From positions 1,798,001 to 1,862,000 of the forward strand of contig CAVNZM010000005.1 in assembly GCA_963693365.1 (NCBI GenBank): DNA of 64,000 bases, written 5' to 3'. Of the stretch, positions 1 to 27,910 are shown in pieces. A program made the position numbers and the translations under genes. The notes beneath the pieces are model-generated. The model worked only from the letters and a program-made list of their open reading frames with translations. It had not been told where the DNA came from and ran no database searches. Position 1 is the stretch's first letter. Each line of letters starts with the position of its first letter. This DNA is from Amoebidium appalachense (Eukaryota; Protista; Ichthyosporea).

Positions 1-123
1 TTCGGCTGCCAACGCGTGCCTGCCAGATTCATACACGCACATGTGCACACACACATGCACACCCAGACCCACACATACACACAGGCACATACACAGGCAC
101 ACGCACTCACACTCATAACATAC

Positions 124-208
<85 letters not shown>

Positions 209-313
209 CACACACACACACACGCACACGCACGGAAGCACGCTCGCGCACACACACACACAACTACACACCCACCCACCCACCCACCCACCCACACACA
301 CAACCGCGCACAG

Positions 314-12947
<12,634 letters not shown>

Positions 12948-13306
12948 AGTGCAGTGTTTTCCGTCTTAGTCTTACACGACAAGATAACGACACATACGTA
13001 TTATACACACACGATTACTACGTGCACAAAAACATGCACACACACACAAACACTGGAAGCACACGCATATCTGTGCTTTTGTCTATCGTGGTTCAACCTA
13101 TCGCTTTTTTTTGAATGCTGTTCTGCTAGATTTTAACATTGGCTCTTCCACCACATCGGCTTTGCTATTTGTATCACTCTTTCAAATGCTATTTTGAACG
13201 TAGGTAACAGTGTAGAATGGTGGTTTGGTAGTGGTTGTGGGTTTCTGTGGGGGTGTACATGCGTTTTTGTGTGTGTTTGTGTGTGTGTGTGTGCACTGAG
13301 AGAGGG

Positions 13307-13337
<31 letters not shown>

Positions 13338-14641
13338 AGGGGGGGAGGGGGGGGAGGGGGTAGTAGGACGAGAATTTTGGAGGTACCCTGTCAACTAATC
13401 GGTACGGAATGTAGTAGGCATCCTTTCGAACCAAATGGGGCATACGTACGAAGGTTTAAACGTGCACTATATGTAATGAAAATGGCATGGGGTCGGCTAG
13501 TACTAGTATTCAATAGGTGGGGAACTTATGGACCTACTTGGAATGGATCGATATTACTACTCCGGCAGATCAGGCCAGTAAAGATACAAAGGATATCTTG
13601 TATATACCAGCAGGTGCTTATTAGCCGCTATTTTGCTAACTGTATTGTTAACTAAGTTTAGAGGGCTGAATCACGAAACACAGCTCATCGGATCCGTGTT
13701 GTACACACATACATAAATAAATATACGATAGACACCTCTCTAGAAATTCATGTTTGCTCGGCACGTGATGTTTGCTCGGCACGTGATGTCCATGATCACA
13801 TGGGCAAGGTAAACATGCAGCCCATGGGCAGCCATTGAATGTTATACGTACGATGAGCTGGGATGTCCTAACTGTACGCAGCTAGCCATCGCTCAAAGTA
13901 CCTATGTAGACTACGGGCCTAATCCCATTCCTTTGGTGTTTGGCAGCTGGACTTTTGGATGGTTGGGGGTACATACCGGTATTGTAAAGCCGGCCTTGGT
14001 TAAAAAAAAAAAACACCGAGAACGGTGAGCCTCGGCCCACCTTTTCTTTTTCGGCAATAGAAGAATTCTTAAAGATGTTTTTAATATTTGATGACTGGCT
14101 CCAAGATATTAGCAAGTTGTTTTAAAAATTTGCAGCGTGTTTTTAGTTGTTGTGTCATGCATGTAGATTTCCTAATCCATTTGCCGTTTCTTACGTCACG
14201 AGTGCGCCAGTCACAGGCTCAACAGAAACACGTGCACACAAAAACACACGCAACACAAGTGAAGTGCTATTGTGCACGTGTGTGAAAAGTAAGTTCCCTA
14301 AGTTCTAGATCCCTGTTATTCACACCACCGTAGCTCCACATTGAGTATGTTTGGCCACTTTTCTGTGTTGTGGCTCTCTTGCAATCATTGCGGCTGTGGT
14401 TGTGATGTTAACGAAGGGTATTTAGGGTCAAGTTTTGCATTGCACAGTGCACGGTGAAACTTTCTCCACTGGCTTAAGCGTAAAACCCCGCTGTCTTGTT
14501 TACTTTGGATACAGTAAGAATGAAGGCGTACCGCTTGTGTTGCAATTGCAGGCTGGGTAGTGGGACTTAGTGTCTGCTTATTACAAAACCTTGTTCTAAC
14601 CTGTGCCTCTCTCTTTCCTGCTTGTTGCGTTGCAGGTCAAC

Positions 14642-16615
14642 ATGCCACTGGAAGAGTACGCCCCGGACGTTCAACGCCGCCTAAAGGCGTTGAAGAACTT
14701 TAACGTACGTCTCTGTTTTGTTATCTTGCTTTGCTCCCCCCCCCCCCCCCCCCCCTCCCCCCCTTCCTCCACCGACACACCCCTCTCGGCTGCCCGCCTG
14801 CCTCAAGTTGTGTTGTTGCACTTCTTACGATGTACCACATGCTCCCCTCCCCCCCCCCCCCCCCCCCCCCTTCCCTCCCTCCCTGTCAACCCTCATGCAC
14901 TCCAGTTCCTGCTTTCCAACGGCAGCAGACACAACACGAGCAGACACTCACATGCAGCGCGTGTGCACTCCGTGAAAGCACCTGCACCAGCATTCGCGCG
15001 CGAGCACGCACATACACACAGTGCCACACACACTACACACACACACACACAGAAAGACACACCAATTTACACAAAAACACCACCGCCCTCACCTCCCTCT
15101 CCCCTCGTTCCCTCCTACCCCCCCCCCCCCTCAACCCTCTGCCTCCTCCCCCGCTCCCCCTAGTGGCACCTGCTCGTTCTTTTGGGCACACGCACGTAGA
15201 TCTCCTTGCATTGTTTCTGTCTCGTTGCTGATAGTACCTCTCGTTCTTTGTCACTTTCTCGCTGGAAACAGACTGGATGTCTGTCGCTTCACACCACCAG
15301 TCACACAGAGAGAGAGAGAGGAGGGGAAGGGGGGGGGGGGGGGGGGGGGGGGGGAGAGAGAGAGGGGGGATGGGGGAGAAGGAGAAGGGAGGGACAGAGA
15401 GAGAGAAAGAGAGGAACATAAACACACACTGATGGGGAGAGGGGGAGGGGGGGCGGGGGGACAGAGAGAGAGAGGAGAAACGAGGGGGAAGGGGTAGAGA
15501 GAGAAAGAGGGACACACACTGTACACACACACACGTGCACACAGGCAAGCAAAAACAAGAGCAAAAACACAAGCACATGCACACCCACCCACTTACACAA
15601 AGTTTTGCAGTCGTAGAGACTTTGACTTTTTAAGGCTGCTGTTCTTCTTTGTGCTTCCAGAGGGTCACAGAAAACTCATAACCAACACAGGCACGTGTGG
15701 AGTAGTCTTCTTTTACCAATTTATTACACACATGGAGGTCCCTATTCTGTCCCCCCCCCCCCTCCACCTTTTGAATCTCTCTGTATGTTGTGTTCTCCGA
15801 GCGGACGGCTGTCCCATCTTTCCGACTCCATCTTTCTGCAACATATCTGGTTATGTTTGTTTCTCTATCTTGTATGGTGTCCTGATTTTGATATGACACT
15901 GCAGAGGGAGCACCGGGCACTTGAGATGCAGTTTCACAATGAGGTGCATGAGCTCGAGAAGAAGTATCTGGCCCTCTACACCCCTCTCTATGAGAAGGTG
16001 TGTGTGTGTGTGTTTGTGTTTGTGTGTGCGCGCGCGTGTGGGTGTGTGTGTGGATGGGTGGGGGGGTGGGGGGGCCGGTGGGTGGGTGTATCTGTGTGGG
16101 TGCACCTAGAGTGTGTGCGGGTGTGTAATAAGGGGATTTGGGCAGACTCTGTGTGTGTCTGAGCTACTTCGGTTTGTTGGTGTGAGTGCTCAAATGCTGC
16201 AGAGAGAGGGAAGGTTATGTTGGCGTGTATTGGTTTGTGCGGGGGTGGAGGGGCATGTTAGAGCTCCCTCTTGAAGGAAGTTAGGCCTCGGAGCGAGGTT
16301 CTCACTGAAGGGTTGCCTGTGGTTTGGGATGGCTTCGGTTTCCTCCATGCATGTACTATCGTCTACGTCGTTGCTGTCTCGTCATGACATTCCTGGGTAC
16401 AGGAAGTGCTGTTTTTAGTTGCAATCCTCCCCCCCACTCCCCCACCCTGCCCCTGCCACATAAAAAATGACCCTCTCCCTGGCCCCCCGCCCTCCTTCCC
16501 GCCCCCCGCGGGAGACCACTGCCACCACCATCGTTCTGCGCTATGGTAACGGAGCATCGCTCTTTCTATTTTGTTGTTTTGCAAATGTTTGCATTTCTCA
16601 CTGTGTAGAAATGTT

Positions 16616-16651
<36 letters not shown>

Positions 16652-16692
16652 CCCCGCCCGCCCCGCCCGCCCGCCCCTTACCTTTACCAACA

Positions 16693-16731
<39 letters not shown>

Positions 16732-17833
16732 TCATTAGCGCACGGAGATTGTCAGCGGCAAGCGTGAGCCCACGGAGCCCGAGTCTGCCTACGACAGTGC
16801 GGATGAGTACGAAAATGAGGAGGAGAGGGACATGGTGCACCAGATGAGGGTGCGTGGGAGGGAGTGTGGATTGGGAGGAATTTTCTCGTTTTTATTTTAT
16901 TTTCCTTTTTTTTTTTTTTTTTTTTTTTTTTGTGACTTTATTGTTTGCAGGTGTGTGGTTGTGAAGGCGTGTGGGTTTAGTGGTTCGTGGGTATGAAGGT
17001 CTGTGTGGTCGTGAGTGAATGTGTATTTGTGAAGATTGGGGGTATGTGTGTGGTGGTGGTGGTGGTTTGGGGGGGGGGGGGGGGGGGGGGGGATGAGGTT
17101 GAAGCTGTGTGCGTGTGAGTGTTGGTTGGGCGGATGTCCGTCATAGAAACGGCTTGGTCTCCTCCCCCCTCCCCCCCCCCCCCCCCTCCCCCCTTCCCTC
17201 CTCCGGCCCCACCTTGCAGGATGAGTTGAGAATGCGGGGGTGGAGAACCCGGGGGGGGAGAGAGGGGGGGGGGGGAGGTATGTATTCTATTAAAAGCTCT
17301 TGGTTTCTCAACCTGACACAAGAGAGGGAAGGAGCGTCTCTGTGGGAGTGTGTGGTGTGGGTGTGCTTTTTTTCCGGGGGGGAGGGGGGATATGTGGTTC
17401 CCCTGATCGATTATTGGCCTGGTGTGTGTGAGAGGCATAATCGTTTCGTGTGCCAGTAAACCAATGCTCATCACGGGTCATCATGCAGAAAAACCTGACG
17501 TTGGAGCAGCAGAAGCCCGCCGACAAAGGTTTGCCCTTCTCCCCCCCCCTCCCGGATTGATGTGTGTGCTCTGCGATCTGCTTTGTTTTTCCGTCATTAC
17601 TATCAGAACTGAAAGGGAAGGGGGGGAGGGGAAGGGGGAGAGGCGTCGGACTTAAGATCTTAGATGTCAGATTTGGTTGTGGATGTGGTGCAGATATGTC
17701 TGAAAGGGAGACGTCGAGACGGTTGTGTGTGTGTGTGTGTGTGTGTACGTGTGTGTATACGTGTGTGGTTGGTTGGTGATGGTGGTGGTGGTGGTGTACG
17801 CGCGCTCGCGAGTGTGTGTGTGTGTGTGTGTGT

Positions 17834-17892
<59 letters not shown>

Positions 17893-18886
17893 AGTAGGTT
17901 GGTAGAGACGGAGCGAACGATATGGAAGTGAGGAGACAATTTTTATCAGAGGGAGACAGGCAAGTAAGTTATCTCTGGGGAGAGGGGGGAAACTCACGAC
18001 GGATTGTGAGGGGGAATGTTTTTGGCTTTGTAAGGGTACCACATTGTTTGGTTGAGCAACAGAGATACAAGGAAAGGGACGGAAAGAGTGGCTTTGTGGA
18101 GTAGGTTGATGAGAAGTTAGAATGAAGTAACTAGTGATTCTACCCTCGGCTGCACACATAAACGTAAGAAAGCATGCGTTGTGGTAGGTCTGGCAGGGAG
18201 TTAAAAGTTCTGTCTTTTTTCATGAAAGAACATGTGCATCCCTCATCTTATCTAAGAACATGTGCATCCCCCACATTATTAAAGAACATGGTGCATCCCT
18301 CACATTATTAAAGAACATGGTGCATCCCTCACATTATATATAAGAACATTTGTGCATCCCTTACATTATTAAAGAACATGGTGCATCCCTCACATTATGG
18401 AAGAACATGTGCATCCGTCACACTATTAAAGAACATGGTGCATCCCTCACATTATGGAAGAACATGGTGCATCCCTCACATTATCGAAGAACATGGTGCA
18501 TCCCTCACATTATGGAAGACATAATATACATGGTGCATCCCTCACATTATTTAAGAACATGTGCATCCCTCACATCATGAAACAACATTAATATCCCTCA
18601 CATTATATATAAGAACAAGTGCATCCCTCACATTATATATAAGAACATTTGCATCCCTCACATTATTAGACTTGTTCATCCCTCACATTATTAAAGAACA
18701 TGTGCATCCCCGTTTTTAGGTGCCAAGGGTGTACCCGGGTTCTGGCTGCAGACCTTCCAGAACTACACCCGGCTGTCAGCCGAGATCAAAGACTACGACG
18801 AGCCAGTGCTCAGGCACCTCGTTGATGTCAGGCAGAGCTACCTCGAGGATGGCAAGCACGTCTGTGCCCCCCTCCCCCCTCCCCCC

Positions 18887-18921
<35 letters not shown>

Positions 18922-19455
18922 ATCCTCCTTCTCCTCCCTTCTCCCCCCTCTTCCGTCAGATACCTCCTCTTTTTTCACTGCCATCCGCCCCTGCCCACCA
19001 CAACCACCGTTCCCACCCTGTGAGGGTGTGCCTTCTTTCTTGGTTCTTTGTGTTTTTGAACTTAGAATGAGGAAGAATTGGGGCTGAGGCGCAATAAGGA
19101 GGGCGGGGGCGGGGGCAGAGGGGGGGGGTCGAGGGGGTGAGGTAAAGACGACACCATGAGGTACAGGTTTTGGGACAACATTTTCATTTGTGAAAGGGTT
19201 TGAGAGTATTCAGGACTCTTGGTAGCTTCGCACGATGTTATGCAGCCCTTTTCCTTTTCAAAGCACACACACAAACACGCAGACACACACCCAACACACA
19301 CTTCACCCCCTCCTCCCGTGTTCCCGTCTCCCTGCCTCAACCCACCACCATCATAACCATCACCACCACAGCAACACTTACAAGCACACACCCACACACC
19401 AGGCACCACATGCCTTTTACTTCCTCGTGCTCTGTTTTTCATTGCAAGCACTGCG

Positions 19456-19488
<33 letters not shown>

Positions 19489-20610
19489 GCGTTTTTATTA
19501 CTCTTCTAACACTAGCATTACAGGGGTTCAAGCTTGACTTTGTGTTTGAGGCCAACGAGTACTTCAGCAACACGGTGCTGTCCAAGACGTACTATTTGGA
19601 GCCTGAGAAGAACGCTGCTGAGCTGCTGTATGACCATGCAGAGGGGTACGTGTGTGTGTGTGGGGGGGGGGGGGGGAGGGGGGATTCTCCTGGGGGTCGG
19701 TGTAAGGTACAACATATAAATGGGGTTTTCGTGTGTCATCGGTCCAGACGTATTGCGTACCAATCACACAACATAGGTCCAAGGGCGCTTGCATTTGCAC
19801 ATCCACGCGCATTCTTACATTAATCCATGCTTGCGCCCAAACAGGCATGCACGCGCGCGCGCGCACACACACACACACGCAGAGACACAGACACGAGTTA
19901 TTGAGAAGGGGGTCCGTGCATTTTTCTTCTACAATATCAATGCTCTGTGCTCTATCCATTGACATAACCTAACCTTTCATCATTCTCCTCGCTTATATGA
20001 TCTGTGCAGCACCAAGATCGAGTGGAAGACAGGCAAGGATGTGACTGTGGAGACGATCAAGAAGAAGCAGCGCCATAAGTCCAGCGGTCAGGTCCGCATC
20101 ACCACCAAGACTGAGCCCAGGGACTCATTCTTCAACTTCTTCAGCCCCCCCGAGCCGAAGCCGGACGAGGCAGAGCAGGTAATAGATCCTCCCTCAGAAC
20201 ACACACGTGCACACATGCACACACGCACCACGTACACACACACACACACACACACACACCAACATCACCACGGCCTATCGCCTGCATATTCCACTACCAT
20301 CACATTCACACTTAACCAAAAAAGAAGCATCCCTCCCACCCTTCCCCGGGCGTAAGAATGGTACTGCAAGCTGGGCCTGGCCTTTGTGTTTCGTTGCATG
20401 CCACTGTACGTACCTCTTGATTCTCTGTCCCTTATATTCACATGAACTGCATTTGTTCCCTGCCGCCCATCATCTCTTCCCCCCCACCCCCCACCCTCCC
20501 CAAAATCACCACCACCACCACCACCACCACCAACATACACACACACATACACGCACACATACACAAGTACAGATGCACACTCACTCACTCACTCACTCAC
20601 TCACACATGC

Positions 20611-20686
<76 letters not shown>

Positions 20687-20811
20687 ACGAGGAGGAGGAG
20701 GAGAGGCTTGCACGTGACTATGAGCTTGGAGAGATTCTCAAGGACCGCATCATCCCCCGTGCGGTGGCATACTTCCTGGGTGAGGACCATGACTCGGAGG
20801 ACGAGGTACGG

Positions 20812-20850
<39 letters not shown>

Positions 20851-21208
20851 GGCAACCTCACATGCACACTCACACGCAAGAAGTACGCACGAATGCAATC
20901 GTACTTGAACCAGCTTGCACACATACAAAAGGCTTGCAGACAAGACCAGCACTGGCACGGGTGTGTGCACATAGTTCCTTTGTCCACTGTTATCCAAAGG
21001 CACACCGGGGGGCAGGAGGAGGGATTTTTTGGGTGTGTGAGTGTTTTGGGGGGGAGGGACTGGATGGAGGATTGCAATAGAAAAAGAGAGGGGGGGGGGG
21101 GGGGGGGAGACTGGAGGAAAGAGGGATGCGAGTACCATACTTGCAATAATACAAATAGTACGCTACACACCTTTTGCCGGTCTTCGAAGCCCCCCAACTC
21201 TCTCCCCC

Positions 21209-21253
<45 letters not shown>

Positions 21254-21719
21254 ACACACACTTACACCGCCAATACCAGAAGAGATGAGAGACACAATTG
21301 CATGTGGATTAGCTTCCTTCCGCCTTCATCTTTTTCCTTGCCGTGCTGTGTTTGCCCTTCACGTTCAGGCAGTGTTTAACCCCTTTGTGTGCAGGACATG
21401 TACGATGAAGACTATGACGAGGACATGGACGATGAGGATCTGGACGAGGATGATGATGAGGTGCGTGCCGGGCTAATCAGATGGCGGCGTGGGAACACAT
21501 GTGTGATAGATGCTTAATTAAACGCCTCTGGAGATAGTTGCAAGGATGTGTGTGTTGGCGTGCATGGTCTGTGGCCTGTCAATGACATGTGCAATATTGG
21601 GATGAAAGAGTGGCCTGTGGGTGATGCGAGCGTGTGGTTGAGTCAGAACACGGTTGGGGCTGTTGGTGGTGGGTAGATGACTGTGCGTTTGTGGGTAGGT
21701 GGGTGTGTGTGTGGTGATG

Positions 21720-21750
<31 letters not shown>

Positions 21751-21816
21751 GGGGGGGGGGGATGTGTACCATTCAGGTCAGCCACACTGACAGGTTGCAA
21801 ACAAGGCTCAGAAAGT

Positions 21817-21847
<31 letters not shown>

Positions 21848-21917
21848 GTAAACCAGCTGCTTGTATGTTTTTTCCTGTGACAAGACTGACCCATTCCACT
21901 GTCCACAGGACAACTGA
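14642..21917 (+). CDS. NAP1: Nucleosome assembly protein 1 (NAP1 family histone chaperone)
   Basis: Exons 14642-14704, 15905-15997, 16739-16849, 17489-17528, 18720-18859, 19524-19645, 20010-20178, 20686-20805, 21395-21460, 21909-21917. Motifs QRRLKALK, EVHELEKKY...PLYEKR.EIVSGKREPT, KGVPGFWL, FEANEYFSNTVLSKTY, IEWK.GKDVT...KKKQRHK, DSFFNFF.PP, DYELGE.LKDRIIPRAV.YFLGE, and an acidic tail. Confidence 0.95.
18222..18710 (+). repeat. Intronic minisatellite, ~17 copies of a 28-33 bp unit (AAGAACATGGTGCATCCCTCACATTAT..)
   Basis: Recurrent GTGCATCCCTCACATTAT core running up to the NAP1 3' splice site at 18719. Confidence 0.92.
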
Positions 21918-23261
21918 AAGACTCTGCCCAAGCGCACAGAGACGAGGGTGACGAAGTTAAAATGGAGGACGAGCCTCAGGGTGTGGATCGGATAAAAACG
22001 GCAGTTACTGTATGAAGACGTGAAAGGTATATGCAATTGCACGCAGAGCAGGTGCCTCGGTGTTGTTATGACTGTTTCTGATATCAAAAAGACACATTCC
22101 ACACATACTGTTTATGCAAAAGTGTGTCCATGCTCATTATGATGCTTCTCTTCTCTTTTTGCCCTATGGCACCATTAAGGCATACGCAGTACGACGGTTG
22201 TGATTACAAAAGTTAGGGAGTAGTATTTTGCGTTCCAGTTTGTGTCTGGTAGCACTGGGTCTTTCCGTATTTTTGATTTCATTTCCTTTTTTTTTGTTTT
22301 GTTTTTTGTTTTTTTTTTTGTTTTTTTCTTGTCCCATCGACTTTGTCAGCCTTGCTTTATCACTCTGGCCAGTAACGTAGTCTGGCAGGTGGTACACTTC
22401 ACTAAGTGATAAGTGTTTTGTTTCTATGTACATATCAACATACACCCACAGAGACCTGTAGCAAGATTATAATACATGTATAATGGCGTTAATGCTGCTA
22501 TCAATAAAGGAAGTTCTGAAGTAACGTATGTACTGTTGTGCACCGAATACAAACCAACCAAACTCCCCCCCCCCCCCCCGGGGCCCCCCCACCACCACCA
22601 CCACCACCACCACACACACACACACACACCACTTGTTCCACCGAGGATAGGCTCTGGTCATGGTGCACACATTCGCTTTGCATGCGCGTTGGGAAAGTTT
22701 GCATTTTCAGTCCGGCATGGATGTGTGCTTTGCACAGCTTATCAATTTTCACCCCCTCCCCCCATCTGCTACTTAGTAAGGTTGGTTATGTATTATGTAG
22801 GTGGTGTGTTTGTGTGTGTTGTGGTGTCTGTTTATAGTGCTGTGTTGGTGTGTGTGGTGTAGGTATGTGTAGGTGTACAGTGTTGTTGCGGTGGTAATTT
22901 CGTTTAGAAACCCAGCTAAGCTATAGGTGCTCTGCCTAGCAGTAGTTACATCAAAAGGAGGTAAGGCCTGGGGGGGCCGTCACCACACCTCCCTAGCTAC
23001 TGAAGTTTTAGAGTGCAATTGACACACCCTAATGGACTAGCGCTAAGTCCCTGCCCCAGGCGTCCTATAAGCTATTTGCGTGCCGGGAAAACCTGATGGT
23101 TTAAACATGAATTCGAGATGTACACCATGCGTGTTGTGTGTATGTGTCTATTTTTCCCTCCGAAGCGTCTGACCACGTGCCAACTCATACCTTTAAAAGT
23201 AGAAGTAGACTTGGTCATATGGCGCTGAGGCCACAGTAGTCGCACGTGGCAGCCCCCCTCC

Positions 23262-23292
<31 letters not shown>

Positions 23293-23859
23293 ATCAGAAT
23301 AAATGTGGAGCAGAGGCAGGATTCGGTCCTGTGACCTCTGTAAGAGACAATCACTTCTACATAGCAGATCGAGAGTAGAGAGGTACACAGGAAGTGGTTT
23401 GAGATCTTAGATCCTCCGCTACCATCTGAGGATGGTCCGGCTGCTTTATATATCTGCGCGGGTGCCAGTCCGCGAATACATCGTCCAAAAGGATTACAGA
23501 TAGTCTCTCAGGATAGATCGGGATTATGTACTAGCCAATAGGAAGACAGTTATGGTTCCTGGCGTATGCGGCCCCAGGCGGTCCCCAAGTACGCGTGGGC
23601 GGGATAGGCGGGAACAGGCTAAGTACGTGACTGGGAAGAGCAGGAATTAAACAGATAGACTATCCTATCATAACACCTGTCACAGGCAATTTTTGCACCC
23701 AGTACTGGTCCCATGAGTTAGGAATTTTCGATCCCCCCCCCTCCCCCCCCCCCCCCCCCCCCCCCCCGGCCGAAGTTCCGCCTCCCCTCCTCCCCCCCCT
23801 TCCCCCCCCCTCCCCCCCATCACACATTATTTTATTTACACACACACACATTCACACAC

Positions 23860-23890
<31 letters not shown>

Positions 23891-24569
23891 AGAAGAAGAA
23901 GAAACTTTGGCAGCAGGTCCTGGTTCAGGAGCAAAGGTTCACTGAAATGGGTCACACTGAATGACCAGATATTAAATCCGAAAAAGAAGAGAAACTGAGC
24001 CTTTGAAGCAAACTGAACAAGGACATTATAAGTTAGCACACATATGAAAGAGGAGGAAATTTAAGAGGCATTAGTGAAGAGAGGCGGGGAGGAAAGAAGC
24101 ATTTTAAGAGCAAAGAAAGGAGGATATGCCCCCGGAAAGAAAAGACACAAACTAAATGCCACTAAGACACATCGGAATTCGAAACACGCATATGCATCGA
24201 TATCACAGGTGCATTGTGCTTGGCGATGTTTGTTGTGTCTCTTGTGTGTAATACTATAATACGTGTGTTGAGGTGGGTTTTTTGAACGGAGCTATAGGGG
24301 GAAAGGCAACACGACACCAACACTGGGGGTTAACGGGAACTCACTCGTTTCCCTAACCCTTTACTATCGGCTCATTGCACAGCACAGAGCGCAGGCTGAT
24401 ACACGGGAAGGTGTCTCCAGGACACGTAGGCGCACTCCATTGAATTCCTCATCCGTATATGGAGCGCCAGGCTAGCTACACGGTCACTGCACTACGGCTA
24501 CTAAGAAAATCAATATCCTTGGGAAACGTGGGGAGGAAGGGGTGGGGGGCCTTCCTGGGAAACGGGGGT

Positions 24570-24614
<45 letters not shown>

Positions 24615-25916
24615 GGGAGGGGAGGGGGCGTTCCTGGAGAACGGGGGGGGAGGGGGGGGGGGGGGGGAGGAGGTATTTACTACGCAACTGGAATTACAAT
24701 TGCTCGTTCATGTTCAAGCTTGCAACTGAAATTAGAAGGAACATGGAGGGGGGGGGGCTTCCTGGGGAACCGGGGGGGGAGGGGGGGGGGGAGGGGGGGG
24801 GGGAGAAGGGGGGGGGGGGGGGGGGGGGGTTATAAAGAAACTGGTAACAATTGCTTGTGCAGGTATATATTTGTGACTGAATAAGGAACATGGGGACGTG
24901 GGATGTCTAGAAATCTAAATCATTGGAATAGAACATCATTCAGATAAAAAATTTAAATCTAGTAATGAATGGGGTTGGCTTTAATGGGTGGGCGGGGGGG
25001 CGTTCCTGAGGAACCCGCGGCGGCGGGGGGGGGGGGGGGGGGGGGGGGGGGGGTATGGGGAACGGGGAGGGGGGAGGGGGGTTGGGGGGTTGCTGGGGGG
25101 GGGGGGGGTGGGGAGGGAGGACCCTTGGAGCTTCCAGCAGCAATAAAACCGAGTCCCTGAGTCCCTTGCATAGGTACTTTCAACCCAAAGCTTGCACGTG
25201 GTTGTTGCTGTTGCAGCTGCAGGAAGAGCCTGGTTCTTCTCTGACTTTTGTTTCGTATCAGTTTATGGGCAAGCAGAGTGTACAGAGGTGTTACTGTATG
25301 TTCTAATCAACAAACACACACAATGAGTGGGAGTTGGCCGGCTCCTGCTATCTTTACACACCTCGATTCTGAAACCATGGAAATTCTATTGCGCCTTCCG
25401 GCCACTTTGTTCGCAACCATGCATCATCTCAGCAAGGGAACCAATCATATCCCTCTTACAGCATGGTCTTAGCTCTCATCGTGCCTCTCAACTTGAAAAA
25501 AATGACATCTAATTTAAACCACAAAGAAGGCTTAGAAAATTAACATAGAAAAAAATGCCATCATCAACCTACTCATCTCAACTAGTGCACATATGTATTC
25601 AAATACATCTTTATATAAAAAACATCCTTACCTAGTAGAGCCAATCAGAACAAATCAATTAATTGTAAACAACCGAGCCTAGATGGCTCGCACTATTGGA
25701 GTAAGTCCCCACGTCGGCCACACACTGGCAGCGAAAAAGCTAGCTACAGAAACCAAAGGCAATCAATCACAGCAAAACAGGGAAGTAAAAAGGAACAACA
25801 CAATATCTCAGTGCTGTACTGTAGCCATGTGGCTAGGTGTACACAGATCTATCAGATATCTGTGCACACTTAGTAACACGGAGGAAAGGGGGTGAGGGGG
25901 AAAGGAGAGAGAGAGA

Positions 25917-25963
<47 letters not shown>

Positions 25964-25983
25964 GAGAAGGGAGGGGGGGGGGG

Positions 25984-26048
<65 letters not shown>

Positions 26049-26070
26049 TGTGTGTGTGAGTTGAGTGAGA

Positions 26071-26145
<75 letters not shown>

Positions 26146-26553
26146 GGGAAGGGGGGGAGGGGGAGGGGGACAGGGGGGGTGAGAGGGGCAGGGGGGGGAA
26201 AGAGAGGGGAAGAATGCACAAAGGGAGAGAGCACAAGCACAAGGAGGAAGGGAGGGAGAAATGTAGATGATAGTAGCACACCATCGGAGGTAGACAGATA
26301 GATGTAGTGTAACACAACGAAATACAGTAGAGTGAGTAAACAAACAAACAAACAAAAAAATCTATCACAGACTTCAAAGCTCTTGCTTTCACATGTAACT
26401 ACGTGCTTCAACCCTGAGTCGGTCAAAGACGTCATGCGTTTACATACAATAACAGGGCCTCAGTGATGCCGGGCGTCACAAGTTTGAATCACCTTTTTTG
26501 GTGCAAGAATCGGAGGGAGCAATCGGAGGGAAGAACATGGAGGAAATCACATG

Positions 26554-26695
<142 letters not shown>

Positions 26696-26709
26696 CACGC
26701 ACGCACACG

Positions 26710-26759
<50 letters not shown>

Positions 26760-27864
26760 CACACCATACGCCCGCACGCCCGCACGCCCGCACGCCCGCC
26801 CGCCCGCCCGCCCGCCCGCACGCACGCACGCCCGCCCGCACGCACGCACGCAGGCACGCACGCACGCACGCACGCACCTGCCGGCCGGTGATCGAATATG
26901 TCACAGGCTGTGTACGTAATCGTATGTGTGTGCCAGTGTGGGCGTGCGTGTGTGTGCGTGTGAGTGTGTGCGTGTGTGTGTGTGTACGTGTGTGTGCCTG
27001 TGTATCGCGGGTGTGTGTGTGCGTGTACGTGTGCGTGCCCGTGTGTGTACACGTGTATGTGACACAGTGTGACGCTGTGTGAACACACACACGTGTGTGT
27101 ACGTACGCACGTGTGTGCGTGCGTGCATGCGTGGGTGTGCTTGTCTGTGCTTGTGGGTGCGTGTGTGCACGTGCACGTGACGGTGTCTGTGTACACATGT
27201 GTGCGCCCGTGTACGTGCAGCACGTGGTGTGTAAACGCCCTGGTAACAGTCACGGCCCAGTATAATATGATGTGAGCGCGTGTGCTTTTGTGTCAGCCAG
27301 CAGGGCGATATTCGGGGTGCGTGCCGTCTGATGTGACGGCCTGTATCTGTTCGTGCGTGCTGTGATGTGCACGTGTGTGGCACCTGCTACGCGTGCGGAT
27401 ACAAAGGTGATGTGTGTGTGTGTGTGTGTGTGCATTTTGCCTGTGCACGTGCATGTGTTTGTGTTTGTGTCTGCCCGTGTTCTAGGCTGTTATCGGCGGC
27501 CCAAACTGATCCACCCAATCAAATCATCGTTTCTCTGATTGGCTGACAGGTGAATGAACCGAATCATTGCAGATGGCCCGCACCCTGAGATCGCCAAGAA
27601 GTCAACATCGTTTATAAGTTTTTTTTAAAAGATTTTTAGACAGGAAGAGATTAAAATGATAAAATCATTATTGTTTTTTTTCAAGTTTTTAAAATCGTAG
27701 GTCTTCTTTGTGAACCTTTTTAGGTTTATTTATTGCTTGGCTCTTCCTACTTGCCATCTGTCTTTATCGCCATATCTAAAGGATCTAGATAACCATCCAA
27801 TAGTTGTGGCAGATCTAAAAGCATGTTCCCATCAATTAACCAATTGCATCACATATCATTGACG

Positions 27865-27910
27865 GCCAATCAAATTACAGGTAAGTTCCTTCCCCAGGGT
27901 ATATAAACAG
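27865..27910 (+). promoter_or_regulatory. Putative promoter (CCAAT and TATA box) of the secreted-protein gene
   Basis: GGCCAATC at ~27864-27871 and GTATATAAAC at 27900-27909, about 160 bp upstream of ATG 28068, in an AT-rich repeat-free stretch. Confidence 0.5.

Noticed and set aside
18222-18710. CRISPR-like array
   Set aside because: Units are contiguous with 2-8 nt variable linkers, there are no unique spacers or cas genes, and the context is a eukaryotic intron.
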